A DNA stretch of 64,000 nucleotides from an uncultured Candidatus Saccharibacteria bacterium (GTDB taxonomy: Bacteria; Patescibacteriota; Saccharimonadia; Saccharimonadales; JBBQAJ01). Under the pieces are notes generated by a model that had not been told where the DNA came from, searched no databases, and saw only the letters and a list, made by a program, of their open reading frames with translations. Shown here in pieces: positions 45,748 to 55,167 of the stretch (its first letter is position 1; each line of letters opens with the position of its first letter). The stretch is from contig CAZQHP010000001.1 in the NCBI GenBank assembly GCA_964593805.1, positions 645,283-709,282 on the forward strand, read 5' to 3'. The position numbers and the translations under genes are program-made.

Positions 45748-45753
45748 AGTGTC

Positions 45754-46977
45754 ATGACACAATCCATCGCGATTTTAGGCCGCCAGCCTGCGCTTGGTTT
45801 GGCTGAACTGGAAAGCCTATATGGCGCAAACAAAATCACCCCCCTCGGACTTCAGGCCGCGCTGATTGACGTTGACCCTTGCCTGCTGGCTTTTGACCGT
45901 CTCGGCGGCTCTGTGAAGTTCGGCAAGCTACTTACTACTCTGGATACAACTGACTGGCGCGAGATTGAAAAATTCCTAGTCAGCGTATCACCCGGACATT
46001 CCGAAAGTATGCCAGAGGGTAAAATGCAGCTGGGTCTGAGTGTAATTGGACTGGAAGTAACCCTCAAACAACTGCAAATCACCGGCCTGACGCTCAAAAA
46101 AGCCATCCGGCAAACCGGACGCTCGGTGAGGCTCATCCCAAACAAGGCACTGGAACTAAACACCGCCCAAGTTCTGCACAACCACCTGACCGGCCCAACC
46201 GGCTGGGAACTATACTTCATACGTGATGGCCAGCGAACAGTTGTGGCTCAAACCATAAAAATCCAAGACATCGAAGCCTATGCTGCCCGCGATCAAGCCA
46301 GACCAAAGCGTGACGCCCGCGTAGGCATGCTGCCGCCTAAACTAGCCCAGATAATCATTAACCTAGCGGTGGGACAATTACCCGAAGACAAACTGGCTTC
46401 AATCTGTGAAATCCCGGCCGACCAGACAATCCCGCGCCCCCAATTAGACCAAACCATACTAGACCCTTTCTGCGGCACCGGCGTGGTACTCCAGGAAGCG
46501 CTGCTGATGGGCTATGAGGCACAAGGCAGCGATTTGGAGCCTCGAATGGTCGAATACACAGACGCAAATTTGTCATGGCTACAACTACAAAATGCTCGTT
46601 GGCAGGTGAAAACCGGCGACGCCACAAATCACGCCTGGGAAGGCTTTGACTTCGTAGCCTGCGAGACATATCTGGGCCGTCCATTTTCGGCTCTGCCTGC
46701 CCCAGCTGAACTACAAAAAGTTATTCAAGACGTTGATACGATTCACAAAAAATTCCTGCGAAACCTTGCCCGCCAGACCAAACCAGGTTTTCGGGCTTGT
46801 ATTGCCATACCGGCTTGGAAAACGCCACACGGGTTCAAACACCTCAAAGTACTTGATTCTCTCGAGGAACTAGGGTATACTCGTACGAGTTTTGTTCACG
46901 TGGACAACCGGGACTTGATTTATCACAGACCTGAACAAATTGTCGCCCGTGAACTAGTAGTATTAACCAGGAAATAA
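45754..46977 (+). CDS. putative RNA methyltransferase (UPF0020/Trm11-RlmL-like catalytic domain)
   Basis: DPFCGTGVVLQEA motif I and a C-terminal Rossmann fold; the N-terminal domain is unassigned. Confidence 0.65.
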   Translation: MTQSIAILGRQPALGLAELESLYGANKITPLGLQAALIDVDPCLLAFDRLGGSVKFGKLLTTLDTTDWREIEKFLVSVSPGHSESMPEGKMQLGLSVIGLEVTLKQLQITGLTLKKAIRQTGRSVRLIPNKALELNTAQVLHNHLTGPTGWELYFIRDGQRTVVAQTIKIQDIEAYAARDQARPKRDARVGMLPPKLAQIIINLAVGQLPEDKLASICEIPADQTIPRPQLDQTILDPFCGTGVVLQEALLMGYEAQGSDLEPRMVEYTDANLSWLQLQNARWQVKTGDATNHAWEGFDFVACETYLGRPFSALPAPAELQKVIQDVDTIHKKFLRNLARQTKPGFRACIAIPAWKTPHGFKHLKVLDSLEELGYTRTSFVHVDNRDLIYHRPEQIVARELVVLTRK

Positions 46978-46978
46978 C

Positions 46979-47251
46979 ATGTCACACGTCAAAGCTGGTG
47001 GAACCAGCAAAAATAATCACGATAGCCCCGGCCAGCGCCTAGGCGTCAAGCTGTTTGGCGGCCAGAGCGTCAAAACTGGCCAGGTCATTGTACGCCAAAC
47101 CGGCTCAACCAAACGCGCCGGCAACGGAACCTTTCTGGCTCGTAACTTCACCATACACGCCGCCAAAGACGGAATCGTAAAGTTTTCTCAACGAAGAGTC
47201 CGCCACTTCACTGGCCGAACCACCTACCGCACCGAAGTCACCGTCGAATAA
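46979..47251 (+). CDS. rpmA: 50S ribosomal protein L27
   Basis: HVKAGGTSKNNHDSPGQRLGVKLFGGQ ... IVRQTG. Confidence 0.9.
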   Translation: MSHVKAGGTSKNNHDSPGQRLGVKLFGGQSVKTGQVIVRQTGSTKRAGNGTFLARNFTIHAAKDGIVKFSQRRVRHFTGRTTYRTEVTVE

Positions 47252-47258
47252 AGTTTGA

Positions 47259-47510
47259 TTACTGTTCGTAAGGCTTAGATTTTGGGCCAGGTATTGGACC
47301 ATCCATAGTGTTCAGGTCACCTAGCTTTTGCATACGCTCAACTTCTGCGCGTGTTCTGGAAATGGCGCCTTCGTCTACTGGACGCACAGCCGCATCTTCA
47401 ACTTTAAGGTGTTGTTCAGGTCCCCTGCCAAGCAAATGGTCAAATTCACCCGACTGTACTGCTGGGATTTCTGGTTGTTCTGGTTGTGGAGCTTGATTTG
47501 GGTTTGGCAT
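47259..47510 (-). CDS. small proline-rich hypothetical protein (83 aa)
   Basis: ORF with its own promoter; probably disordered. Confidence 0.5.
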   Translation of the reverse strand: MPNPNQAPQPEQPEIPAVQSGEFDHLLGRGPEQHLKVEDAAVRPVDEGAISRTRAEVERMQKLGDLNTMDGPIPGPKSKPYEQ

Positions 47511-47543
47511 TTTTTTGTTTCCAATATTACTTTTACGATATTA

Positions 47544-47572
47544 ATAATAGCATAAGCGCGTTAATTAGTCAA
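47544..47572 (-). promoter_or_regulatory. promoter TTGACT-17-TATTAT (GCTTATGCTATTAT type)
   Basis: The -35 box overlaps the TGA stop of the upstream gene. A 33-nt A-rich leader without a Shine-Dalgarno follows. Confidence 0.5.
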
Positions 47573-48744
47573 CTTGATGTGTCAGTTTTGTGTGTATCAA
47601 ACAAACCCTCGTCGAATAATTTTACCAGTGCTTTTGCACGCTCAACTATGGCTTTGCTGGTTTTTTCCCTATCCCGTAATCCCATAGGCGTTTTGGGGTC
47701 AATAATTCGGCTGGCTGTTGATTCGTCAAGCCCCCGAAGCTTTTCAAAATACTCTGCTACTTGTTCTCGATTTTCATCCGTAATAAAGGGTTTGAGACCA
47801 TATCCATAACCAAGTTCGGTATCTTCCGACAAACTTGCCCGCATAGCTTGTTCATGAGTATCAAATTGGCCTTTTCCAGATACTTTATATGGAACGAATG
47901 TTGACATCCCGAGGTCCTGCGCATAATGCATGCCGGACTGCTGATCAACGATGCCTTGGTGGCTGCCATCACCAAAACTGCCGATGACCCAGTTAAATAC
48001 ATTCCGAAAGTCCAAGTCAGCCTGGTTACTAATTGCCCGCCGAGCAGTCTTTATGTCCTCCGGCATGGGCAGGCTTTCAACTCGTTTTTGAGCGTATAAA
48101 GGGTCTCGGGCATGCTCATACAAATGATACGAAAGAGCGTGCGGAATAAATCTATACGCCAATCGTGCCTCGCCAACAGCAACCCCTAAACCCTCCCCCT
48201 GGGGTATAACAAGCTTTGTCTCCGGAACTGGGTATCCGAGATATCTGGCTATCTGGTAAGCTATGACTTCATGCTCATCAGTTTGTTTGTTATGTGTCAT
48301 TTGAATCACGTCGTTAAGACCCTTTGGCGCCTTTAGAAGCCAGTCATCGCCAATTTCATCTTGTACAACGTGAAATTCAGAGCCTGTTTGACGCGACAAG
48401 TCAGGGTCATTTTCTTTTACAAAGTGTTCTTGCTTCGGGCTTGGCGAAAAACTTGTTGGCTCAAAACCAAGTTTTTCATCAAGCTGCGGGTCATTTTCAA
48501 GTAATTCAATTGCGGACTTAAGCTCGCTATCTGTTTTTGTGAATGGAGTTCCCGCCCAGTGAATGTATTTATCTATATCCTGCGCAATGTCAATTACAGG
48601 ATCATGTGGTGCAACCTCAGCCCCTTCATGTTTAATGCGACCTACAACTGCCCCTACTATACGAGCAACACGACCACGTTGTATGGCAGGGTCGACACTT
48701 TGTTCAACAGTAGGCTGAATTGTTAACTGATTGGGTTCCGTCAT
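47569..48744 (-). CDS. hypothetical protein with atypical protein/lipid-kinase-like core (391 aa)
   Basis: WLLKAPKG (beta3 Lys?), EHEVIAYQIARYLG (alphaC Glu?), catalytic-loop-like FGDGSHQG, and an Asp of DLG exactly 18 residues later, matching the D-to-DFG spacing of ePK and PI3/4K. Confidence 0.6.
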   Translation of the reverse strand: MTEPNQLTIQPTVEQSVDPAIQRGRVARIVGAVVGRIKHEGAEVAPHDPVIDIAQDIDKYIHWAGTPFTKTDSELKSAIELLENDPQLDEKLGFEPTSFSPSPKQEHFVKENDPDLSRQTGSEFHVVQDEIGDDWLLKAPKGLNDVIQMTHNKQTDEHEVIAYQIARYLGYPVPETKLVIPQGEGLGVAVGEARLAYRFIPHALSYHLYEHARDPLYAQKRVESLPMPEDIKTARRAISNQADLDFRNVFNWVIGSFGDGSHQGIVDQQSGMHYAQDLGMSTFVPYKVSGKGQFDTHEQAMRASLSEDTELGYGYGLKPFITDENREQVAEYFEKLRGLDESTASRIIDPKTPMGLRDREKTSKAIVERAKALVKLFDEGLFDTHKTDTSS

Positions 48745-48768
48745 TTTTGTGTGTGTTTAACAGATATA

Positions 48769-48797
48769 ATAATAGCATAAGCTTTGTATTAAGTCAA
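48769..48797 (-). promoter_or_regulatory. promoter TTGACT-17-TATTAT (GCTTATGCTATTAT type)
   Basis: Near-identical to the promoter at 47544-47572, with a 24-nt A/C-rich leader. Confidence 0.5.
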
Positions 48798-48804
48798 CTC
48801 GGTG

Positions 48805-49077
48805 TTAGCGTAATTTTCTGAGCGGAGGGGTGCTGGTGTTTTCTATTATGCTACGTAATGTATTTGCCAGCATTACAGAAGCCGAAAACTTCTTTGCCAG
48901 GTGCGCTGGCGGCCTCTGTGCGTCTAGGTCCGAAACTGCATGCAGAACAGGTGCGGAGCTTTCAACAGGCTGCGCTTCGACTGGAGGCACTAAATACAAA
49001 ACCGGCTTTTCGGGGGGCACTTGCTGCGGTATACCCGTCCACTTAAAGTAATGCGAACCATCAATGTTACTAGCCAT
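48805..49077 (-). CDS. small proline-rich hypothetical protein (90 aa)
   Basis: ORF; TAATGT lies 6 nt before the ATG, so the mRNA is leaderless. Confidence 0.5.
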   Translation of the reverse strand: MASNIDGSHYFKWTGIPQQVPPEKPVLYLVPPVEAQPVESSAPVLHAVSDLDAQRPPAHLAKKFSASVMLANTLRSIIENTSTPPLRKLR

Positions 49078-49127
49078 GCTTTAACATTAACGCACTAGCC
49101 GCGGCTTTGAAAGACTAGAAAGCGTTT

Positions 49128-49400
49128 CTAGTTCAATAATCTGCCCGAACGAGGCGTTTTAGTTCGCCGTGTCCTGCTCATAATATCTAGTATTTCTCTT
49201 GTAGATAGCTCTGGCGGTTGGTTTGCCGCCAGCTTGCCCAGAACTTTGGGGGTTTCTGTAATTTCTGGTGGGACGCCTGCTGATCCGACCGAAGCCTCAA
49301 CGCCCATTGGTTCGCCAACTATTTGCTGAAAAGGAGTTTCAGCTGCTTGAACAGGTATTTGTGGTGAGCCTGGGGCTTTGTCGCCCGTGTTTATTGCCAT
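49128..49400 (-). CDS. small proline-rich hypothetical protein (90 aa)
   Basis: ORF of the same length and layout (MA.N start, Pro-rich middle, basic C-terminus) as the 48805 gene. Confidence 0.5.
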   Translation of the reverse strand: MAINTGDKAPGSPQIPVQAAETPFQQIVGEPMGVEASVGSAGVPPEITETPKVLGKLAANQPPELSTREILDIMSRTRRTKTPRSGRLLN

Positions 49401-49406
49401 AATTAA

Positions 49407-49435
49407 ACATTAGCATATTTGTGGTAAATTTGCAA
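49407..49435 (-). promoter_or_regulatory. promoter TTGCAA-17-TAATGT, leaderless geometry
   Basis: The -10 box ends 6 nt before the ATG at 49400. Confidence 0.5.
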
Positions 49436-49452
49436 TACCCTGCCCCTGTTAG

Positions 49453-49863
49453 CTATAAACCTAGATGGGATTTGATGCGGTCTACTACGTCGGCTATTAC
49501 TACTTGGGATTTGACCAGGTAGTCGTCCACTCCCAGGGATTCGGCGCGCTGTTTGTCACTGTCCTGGCTGAGCGCCGTTAGCATGATAACTTTTACATTG
49601 GTAGTTTCCGGCGTGTTGCGCAGTATGTCCAGCACATCAAAGCCGCTGACTTTAGGCATCATGACGTCAAGCAAAATCAGGTCTGGTTTGTACTCTAGCG
49701 CCGATGCCAGCGCGTCTTCGCCGTTTGGCACCCGCTTAAGGTCAAAGCCCTCGGCTTGCAAACGAGTTTGGTAAACACTTGCCAGCGCGTCATCGTCTTC
49801 TACGAGCAAAATTTTCTTTGGGTGGGCTGGTGGTGATGCTTGTTGTTCGTCCATAGTGCTCAT
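49453..49863 (-). CDS. single-domain response regulator (receiver only)
   Basis: LLVEDDD, DLILLDVMMP, MLTA, KS. Its receiver domain closely resembles that of the 5903 gene. I chose ATG 49863. Confidence 0.85.
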   Translation of the reverse strand: MSTMDEQQASPPAHPKKILLVEDDDALASVYQTRLQAEGFDLKRVPNGEDALASALEYKPDLILLDVMMPKVSGFDVLDILRNTPETTNVKVIMLTALSQDSDKQRAESLGVDDYLVKSQVVIADVVDRIKSHLGL

Positions 49864-49873
49864 GGTACATGAG

Positions 49874-49904
49874 CAATGTTCAATTATCAATGTTCAATTA
49901 TCAA
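49874..49904. repeat. 14-mer tandem repeat CAATGTTCAATTAT x2.2
   Basis: Exact duplication just upstream of the response-regulator start, followed by CATTGA words. Confidence 0.8.
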
Positions 49905-49981
49905 CGTAAAGACACCTATGATTGCATTAAATGACTAAAACATGCCGCATTCATTGATCATTGAAACTTGAGCATTGAGCA

Positions 49982-51589
49982 TTATTTTCCAAGTATGGCT
50001 TGGATAAAGCCGTCAAACATAGGGTGCGGACGGTTGGGGCGGGATTTGAATTCTGGATGAAACTGGCTGGCTAGCAAAAACGGATGGTCAATGCCTTCGA
50101 TGATTTCCACCAAATTATTGGCTGGATTAACACCGGTAGCCCGAATACCCCAGGCTTCGTACTGGCCGCGGTAGCTGTTGTCGCATTCGCCGCGGTGGCG
50201 GTGGCGTTCCACAATCTTTGTCGTGCCATAAACTTTGGCCGCCAAACTGCCTTTTTCTAGCACGCAATCGTAATCGCCCAGGCGCATGGTGCCGCCGGTT
50301 TGCAGCTTGCCTTTCTGGTCTTGCATAGTATTAATCACCAGGTTTTTGCCGTCCGGATTTAGTTCAAAAGTTGTGGCGTCGGCAATGCCGGCGTTACGAG
50401 CCGCGGCAATCACTCCCATCTGCAAGCCCAGGCAGAGTCCTAGGTACGGCGTTTTGGTTTTGAGCACATACTGGGCAGCTTTGATTTTGCCTTCCAGGCC
50501 GCGCTGGCCAAATCCGCCGGGAACCACAATGCCATCGTAGCCTTTGAGCACTGGTGCTATATCCGTGCCTGGGGCGTCATATTTTGAAGCGTCAATCCAG
50601 TGGATGTCTATTTTGGCGCCGTTGTGCCAGGCCGCGGCTTTGAGCGCTTCAAATACCGACATGTAGGTATCCGTATTGTCCATGTATTTGGCTACAAAGC
50701 CAACTTTTATGTCTTGTTTATGATTGGTGGTGGCCTTTTCTACCACCGCTCGCCATTTTTTCAGGTGCGGTTTTTTGGCCTTGAGTCCAAGGTTTTTCAC
50801 CAAAACGTCGGCTATGCCAGTGTCTTCCAACGTCAGTGGTACTTCGTAGATGGAGCGAGCGTTTGGCAATGGCGCGATAGCTTTTACCGGAACCCCGCTG
50901 AACAAACTAAGTTTTCTAATTGCCGACACGCTAGCTGGCTTTTCGCTACGGGCTACCAATATGTCGGGCGCTATTCCCAGACCGCGCAAATCCCGCACCG
51001 AATTTTGCGCCGGTTTGGTTTTGGTTTCATTGCTCGCGCCCAGATATGGCAGGTAAACTACATGCACGTAGGCGCAGTGTTCTAGCCCAACTTTTATACC
51101 TAGTTCACGTATGGCTTCCACAAAAGCCAGCGATTCGTAGTCGCCGACCGTACCGCCGATTTCTACAATGTGTACATCGTAACCTTCACCAGCTTTAATT
51201 ATCCAATCTTGGATAGCCCCGGTTAGGTGCGGGATAATCTGCACGTCGTCGCCGTCAAATTTGCCTGCTCGTTCGTCTTGGATAAGTTTTAGCAGCACCC
51301 GGCCAGCCATGAGGCTGCTGGCGCTGGTCATTTCTTCGTCTACAAAGCGTTCATAATGGCCGAGGTCCAGGTCTGTTTCGGCACCGTCTTTAGTCACAAA
51401 ACATTCGCCGTGTTCGCGCGGATTTAGTAACCCCGCATCTACATTCAAATACGGGTCGCATTTTTGCAGATTAACTTTGAGCCCGCGGGCTTTTAAGAGG
51501 TTTCCAATCGAGGCGGCTGTGATACCCTTGCCGAGTCCGGAAAGCACACCACCTGTAACAAATATAAATTTTGTCTGGCTTTTCGCCAT
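49982..51589 (-). CDS. pyrG: CTP synthase
   Basis: FVTGGVLSGLGKGI, amidotransferase LGLCLGLQ, HPEF. Confidence 0.95.
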   Translation of the reverse strand: MAKSQTKFIFVTGGVLSGLGKGITAASIGNLLKARGLKVNLQKCDPYLNVDAGLLNPREHGECFVTKDGAETDLDLGHYERFVDEEMTSASSLMAGRVLLKLIQDERAGKFDGDDVQIIPHLTGAIQDWIIKAGEGYDVHIVEIGGTVGDYESLAFVEAIRELGIKVGLEHCAYVHVVYLPYLGASNETKTKPAQNSVRDLRGLGIAPDILVARSEKPASVSAIRKLSLFSGVPVKAIAPLPNARSIYEVPLTLEDTGIADVLVKNLGLKAKKPHLKKWRAVVEKATTNHKQDIKVGFVAKYMDNTDTYMSVFEALKAAAWHNGAKIDIHWIDASKYDAPGTDIAPVLKGYDGIVVPGGFGQRGLEGKIKAAQYVLKTKTPYLGLCLGLQMGVIAAARNAGIADATTFELNPDGKNLVINTMQDQKGKLQTGGTMRLGDYDCVLEKGSLAAKVYGTTKIVERHRHRGECDNSYRGQYEAWGIRATGVNPANNLVEIIEGIDHPFLLASQFHPEFKSRPNRPHPMFDGFIQAILGK

Positions 51590-51659
51590 ACCTCTAACCG
51601 CCCTCTTATTTATTACCTGTAGATACTACCTTACTTCTCTCGCTTAAGCAAGAGAAGAA

Positions 51660-52889
51660 TTATTTTGAAAGTTCCGCTTTGGCAGCTTCTAGCTGGGTGT
51701 CGGTGCCGGTTTTGAACTTTTCTTCGTCTAAGTCTACTTCGGTGTCTGGTTTTATGCCGTCTTTATTGATGTTTATGCCGTTTGGCGTAAACCATTTCGC
51801 TATGGTCACCTTCAGTACGCTGCCGTCGCCCAGCTGTTCCAACTGCTGAACGCTGCCTTTGCCAAAGGTTTTGGTACCGAAGAGTTTGGCAACCTTGTGG
51901 TCACGCAGCGCGCCAGCGGTGATTTCACTGGCGGAGGCAGAGCCTTCGTTTATCAGCACTACGGTTGGTATGCCTTTCAAAACAGCGTCGCCTTCGGCTT
52001 TATAGGTGCGGACGACTAAACTGTCGCGCTTTTCTTGTAGTACGGTTTTGCCTGGTTCCAGCCACAAACTACTGACGTCAACCGCGGCGTCCAGCAATCC
52101 GCCGGGATCATTGCGCACGTCCAAAATTACACCTTTGACATTTTTTTGCTTAAATTCGTTTGCCGCTTTTGTAGCCAGCTCTACCGTATCGTCCCCATAA
52201 CGTGAAAGTTTGATGTAGCCTATGTTGCCCTCCAGAATCTTACTCTCCACGCTCGGGATGGTGATGGTGTCGCGGGTAATTTCCAGGTCTATTTGCTGCG
52301 CTTTGTTGCGCACAACCTTAAGCTTCACGTTTGTGTCTTTTTGGCCGCGGATTTTATTTACCGCGTCGCCAATAGATATACCAGCGGTAGACGCGCCGTC
52401 AACTTCTATAATCACGTCTTTTGCCTTCAGCCCCGCCCTTTCGGCGGGGAAACCGGAAATCGGAGCAATCACCACGATGTTTCCCTGTTCATCTTTGCCC
52501 AGCTCAGCACCAATGCCGCTAAAAGTGCCGGTTAATTGGTCGTTGAACTCTCTGGCGGCGTCTTTGTTCATATATTCGGTGTACGGGTCGCCAGTGGCGG
52601 CCGCCAAACCGGCTTTTAGGCCGTCTAGTAGCTTCTGGCCTTCCAGCTGGCCGTCAAAGTCGCGTTTTAGCGTGTCATATACCTGTTCTACTGAGCTGTA
52701 GTCCAAGTTGGCTGGCAAGCCTTTTTGGATGCTTTTGCGAAACAGCTGGTCGCTAGAGAGCATAATCCGGCCGCTGCCAACACCTAACCCGGTTATAAAT
52801 ATAAGCCCGGCAGCGGCAGATACCGCGAGCGTTTTTAAAATCTTGCTTTTTGGCTGCGGTTTTTCAGGTACCGGATTTTGCGGCTCCAC
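51660..52889 (-). CDS. ctpA: S41 carboxy-terminal processing protease
   Basis: N-terminal TM, PDZ domain, GSASASEI catalytic Ser region and a downstream K. Confidence 0.9.
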   Translation of the reverse strand: MEPQNPVPEKPQPKSKILKTLAVSAAAGLIFITGLGVGSGRIMLSSDQLFRKSIQKGLPANLDYSSVEQVYDTLKRDFDGQLEGQKLLDGLKAGLAAATGDPYTEYMNKDAAREFNDQLTGTFSGIGAELGKDEQGNIVVIAPISGFPAERAGLKAKDVIIEVDGASTAGISIGDAVNKIRGQKDTNVKLKVVRNKAQQIDLEITRDTITIPSVESKILEGNIGYIKLSRYGDDTVELATKAANEFKQKNVKGVILDVRNDPGGLLDAAVDVSSLWLEPGKTVLQEKRDSLVVRTYKAEGDAVLKGIPTVVLINEGSASASEITAGALRDHKVAKLFGTKTFGKGSVQQLEQLGDGSVLKVTIAKWFTPNGININKDGIKPDTEVDLDEEKFKTGTDTQLEAAKAELSK

Positions 52890-52998
52890 GTTGTCCCCCC
52901 TCGGTAATTTTCTAAAAATCAGACCATCACATTATACACGACGGCAGCCAGCGGACAGCCAAGAGCTGTCAGCTTTTAATTTTTCTAACCCGCGGTCG

Positions 52999-54138
52999 CT
53001 AGTTGAAGTAGATATAAGTTAGACCGCTGCCGCTGATGGTCATTTCACTGTAATGCCCAGCCAGATCGTAATTGTACTGGCTGACGCGGATGTAGCCGTT
53101 GTCGTAAACCGCTTCCACCCACATGGCGTGTCCATAGTAGCCACTCAGAGATATCGCTACCGAACCGGCTCTTGGCGTGGAACCCGTGGGTATACCATCT
53201 GCCGCCGCGCTAGCGGGCCATTGATTGGCGTTGCCGTGGCCGCCCCAATAAGGCATGTGCCCGTAGGCCTCATAAACTTTCCAGGCGGTATAGCTCACGC
53301 ATTCCCGGTTGTACATACCCCATGGGTCAATCAGGCTGTCTTGAGACGCATTGTCTAGGTAGGCTGGATAGCCGCCGTGGTTTGGATCACCGGCTTCAGC
53401 TGTACCGCCAAGCCGGCGGTTGGCAGCCGCTTGCTGAGCGCGCAAACTCGCAATACTGGCGCTATTGGCTTTGATTTGGGCGTTATACTGGTTTTTCTGG
53501 TCTTGGGTGTAAGCCAGCAGGCCGCTTTGCTGGGCTTGCGCGCTACCAAGCTGCTGGTTCATGGCTTGCTGATCAGCCAGTAGTTTTTCTACTTGGGTCT
53601 TCTGCTCGCGCAACTGAGCTTTGAGAGCATTGACTTTGTCTAGCGTGTTTCTAATCTTTTGTTGGACAGTATCACGGTACTGTTGCTTGTCCAGAAATTC
53701 ACTGAGGTCTTTGCTAGAAGCTAACATTTCTAGCGTACTGATATGGCCTTCTATATAAACTGCTTTGATATTTTCGCTCAAAAAATTCTTCTGCTTGGCC
53801 AGTTCGACTTCAGCCGCGGTAATCTGATTTTGCAAGTCGTCGCGCTTGGCTTCGTTTTCGCGTATTTGCTGCTGGATTGCGTTAATCTGGGCTTGGAGGC
53901 GGTCAATTTCTCCCTGATAGCTGTCTGCCTGGATTTGCAACTGGTTTACGGTAGCTTTTTTCTGGTTGCTATCGGCTTGGATCTGTTTGATTTGCTCGTC
54001 AAACTGGTCGGCAAGTGCCAGTGGTGAAATAACAAAACTAGCGCCTAGCGCCACGGCGGCGGCGAGCATCAAAAGGCGCTGTTTGAATTGTGTTTTTTTA
54101 CTTTTCACTTTTTGTTTGGTTTTAACCATAAACATCAT
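52999..54138 (-). CDS. PcsB-like peptidoglycan hydrolase (coiled coil plus C-terminal CHAP domain)
   Basis: Signal/TM, about 230 aa of Q/A-rich coiled coil, then a CHAP domain (NRECVSYTAWKV ... GHAMWVEAV). The alternative start at 54129 begins MVKTKQ. Confidence 0.8.
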   Translation of the reverse strand: MMFMVKTKQKVKSKKTQFKQRLLMLAAAVALGASFVISPLALADQFDEQIKQIQADSNQKKATVNQLQIQADSYQGEIDRLQAQINAIQQQIRENEAKRDDLQNQITAAEVELAKQKNFLSENIKAVYIEGHISTLEMLASSKDLSEFLDKQQYRDTVQQKIRNTLDKVNALKAQLREQKTQVEKLLADQQAMNQQLGSAQAQQSGLLAYTQDQKNQYNAQIKANSASIASLRAQQAAANRRLGGTAEAGDPNHGGYPAYLDNASQDSLIDPWGMYNRECVSYTAWKVYEAYGHMPYWGGHGNANQWPASAAADGIPTGSTPRAGSVAISLSGYYGHAMWVEAVYDNGYIRVSQYNYDLAGHYSEMTISGSGLTYIYFN

Positions 54139-54222
54139 AGCATATCCCCACTCTTATTTCAATAGTTAGCAAGCCCGCCCAAACTTCTTGAATGGGCCTT
54201 TTTTGGTCTTATCGGTGTACTT

Positions 54223-55167
54223 TTATTTACTGGATTTAAATTTGAGGTAGCGCCGCGTAGCAATGGCAGAAGATACGGCACCTATGAGTATACCAATTCC
54301 CAGCTGAGCTGCCAAAATTACCCAAAAATTCTGACGGAAATAATTATTGGCAAAACCAATATCTAGCAGGCCGAAATTACTAGCCGCAAAAGCCGAAGCC
54401 GACACCAAAAATAACGAGTTCACTAACGTCAGCGAAAACACCGCCGAAACAATACCGTAGATGATAGTCTCTACCACGAACGGGCCGCGAATATAACCCG
54501 TACCAGCGCCAAGCAAGCGCATAATCTGCAGTTCGTCGCGACGATTAAAAATGGTCATGCGGATGGTGTTAAAGATAATCAACATAGAAACTACCGCGAA
54601 AATTAGTACCCCAACCAGCCCGGCTTGGCGCAAAAAATTGGTGCTGCGCGTAATGTTGTCTAGGGCGACTTTTGTTTCGCCAGAGTAAGACGTTTTAGCC
54701 GACTGCAAATCGCGGATTTCTGGTTTGTCCAGATAGGTTTGAATAGTTTGCAGTTTGTTAGGATCCACGGGTTTGACGTGTATGGTAGCCGGAAACGGAT
54801 TGTCAACTTGGCTGATCGCTAGCTGGAAGCTTAGATTGTCGTCGGTGGGTTTCTGCTGCTGGGTAAGCACATCGTCTTTGCTTAAATATTCCACGCTTTT
54901 GACGTTCTCAACGTTTTTTAGGTCGCCAACTAATTTGTCTTTTTGCTGCGCCGTGACCGTGTCTTTGAGAAAAACCGAAACATTAATTCTGTCGGTAATT
55001 TGGTGGATGGTATTTGTAAGCGTGGCATTGGCAATCAGCGAAAACAACACGATAGTAAGTGTAATTACCATGACGGCAATAGCCGCAATAGCCAGCGTGG
55101 CGTTGCGGATAAAGTTCTGCGCGCCGGCTTTTATGATACGGCCGAACGTAATCAAACGGTGGTTCAT
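54223..55167 (-). CDS. ftsX: cell division permease-like protein FtsX
   Basis: Four-TM FtsX topology with a large extracellular loop; overlaps ftsE by 4 nt. Confidence 0.9.
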   Translation of the reverse strand: MNHRLITFGRIIKAGAQNFIRNATLAIAAIAVMVITLTIVLFSLIANATLTNTIHQITDRINVSVFLKDTVTAQQKDKLVGDLKNVENVKSVEYLSKDDVLTQQQKPTDDNLSFQLAISQVDNPFPATIHVKPVDPNKLQTIQTYLDKPEIRDLQSAKTSYSGETKVALDNITRSTNFLRQAGLVGVLIFAVVSMLIIFNTIRMTIFNRRDELQIMRLLGAGTGYIRGPFVVETIIYGIVSAVFSLTLVNSLFLVSASAFAASNFGLLDIGFANNYFRQNFWVILAAQLGIGILIGAVSSAIATRRYLKFKSSK

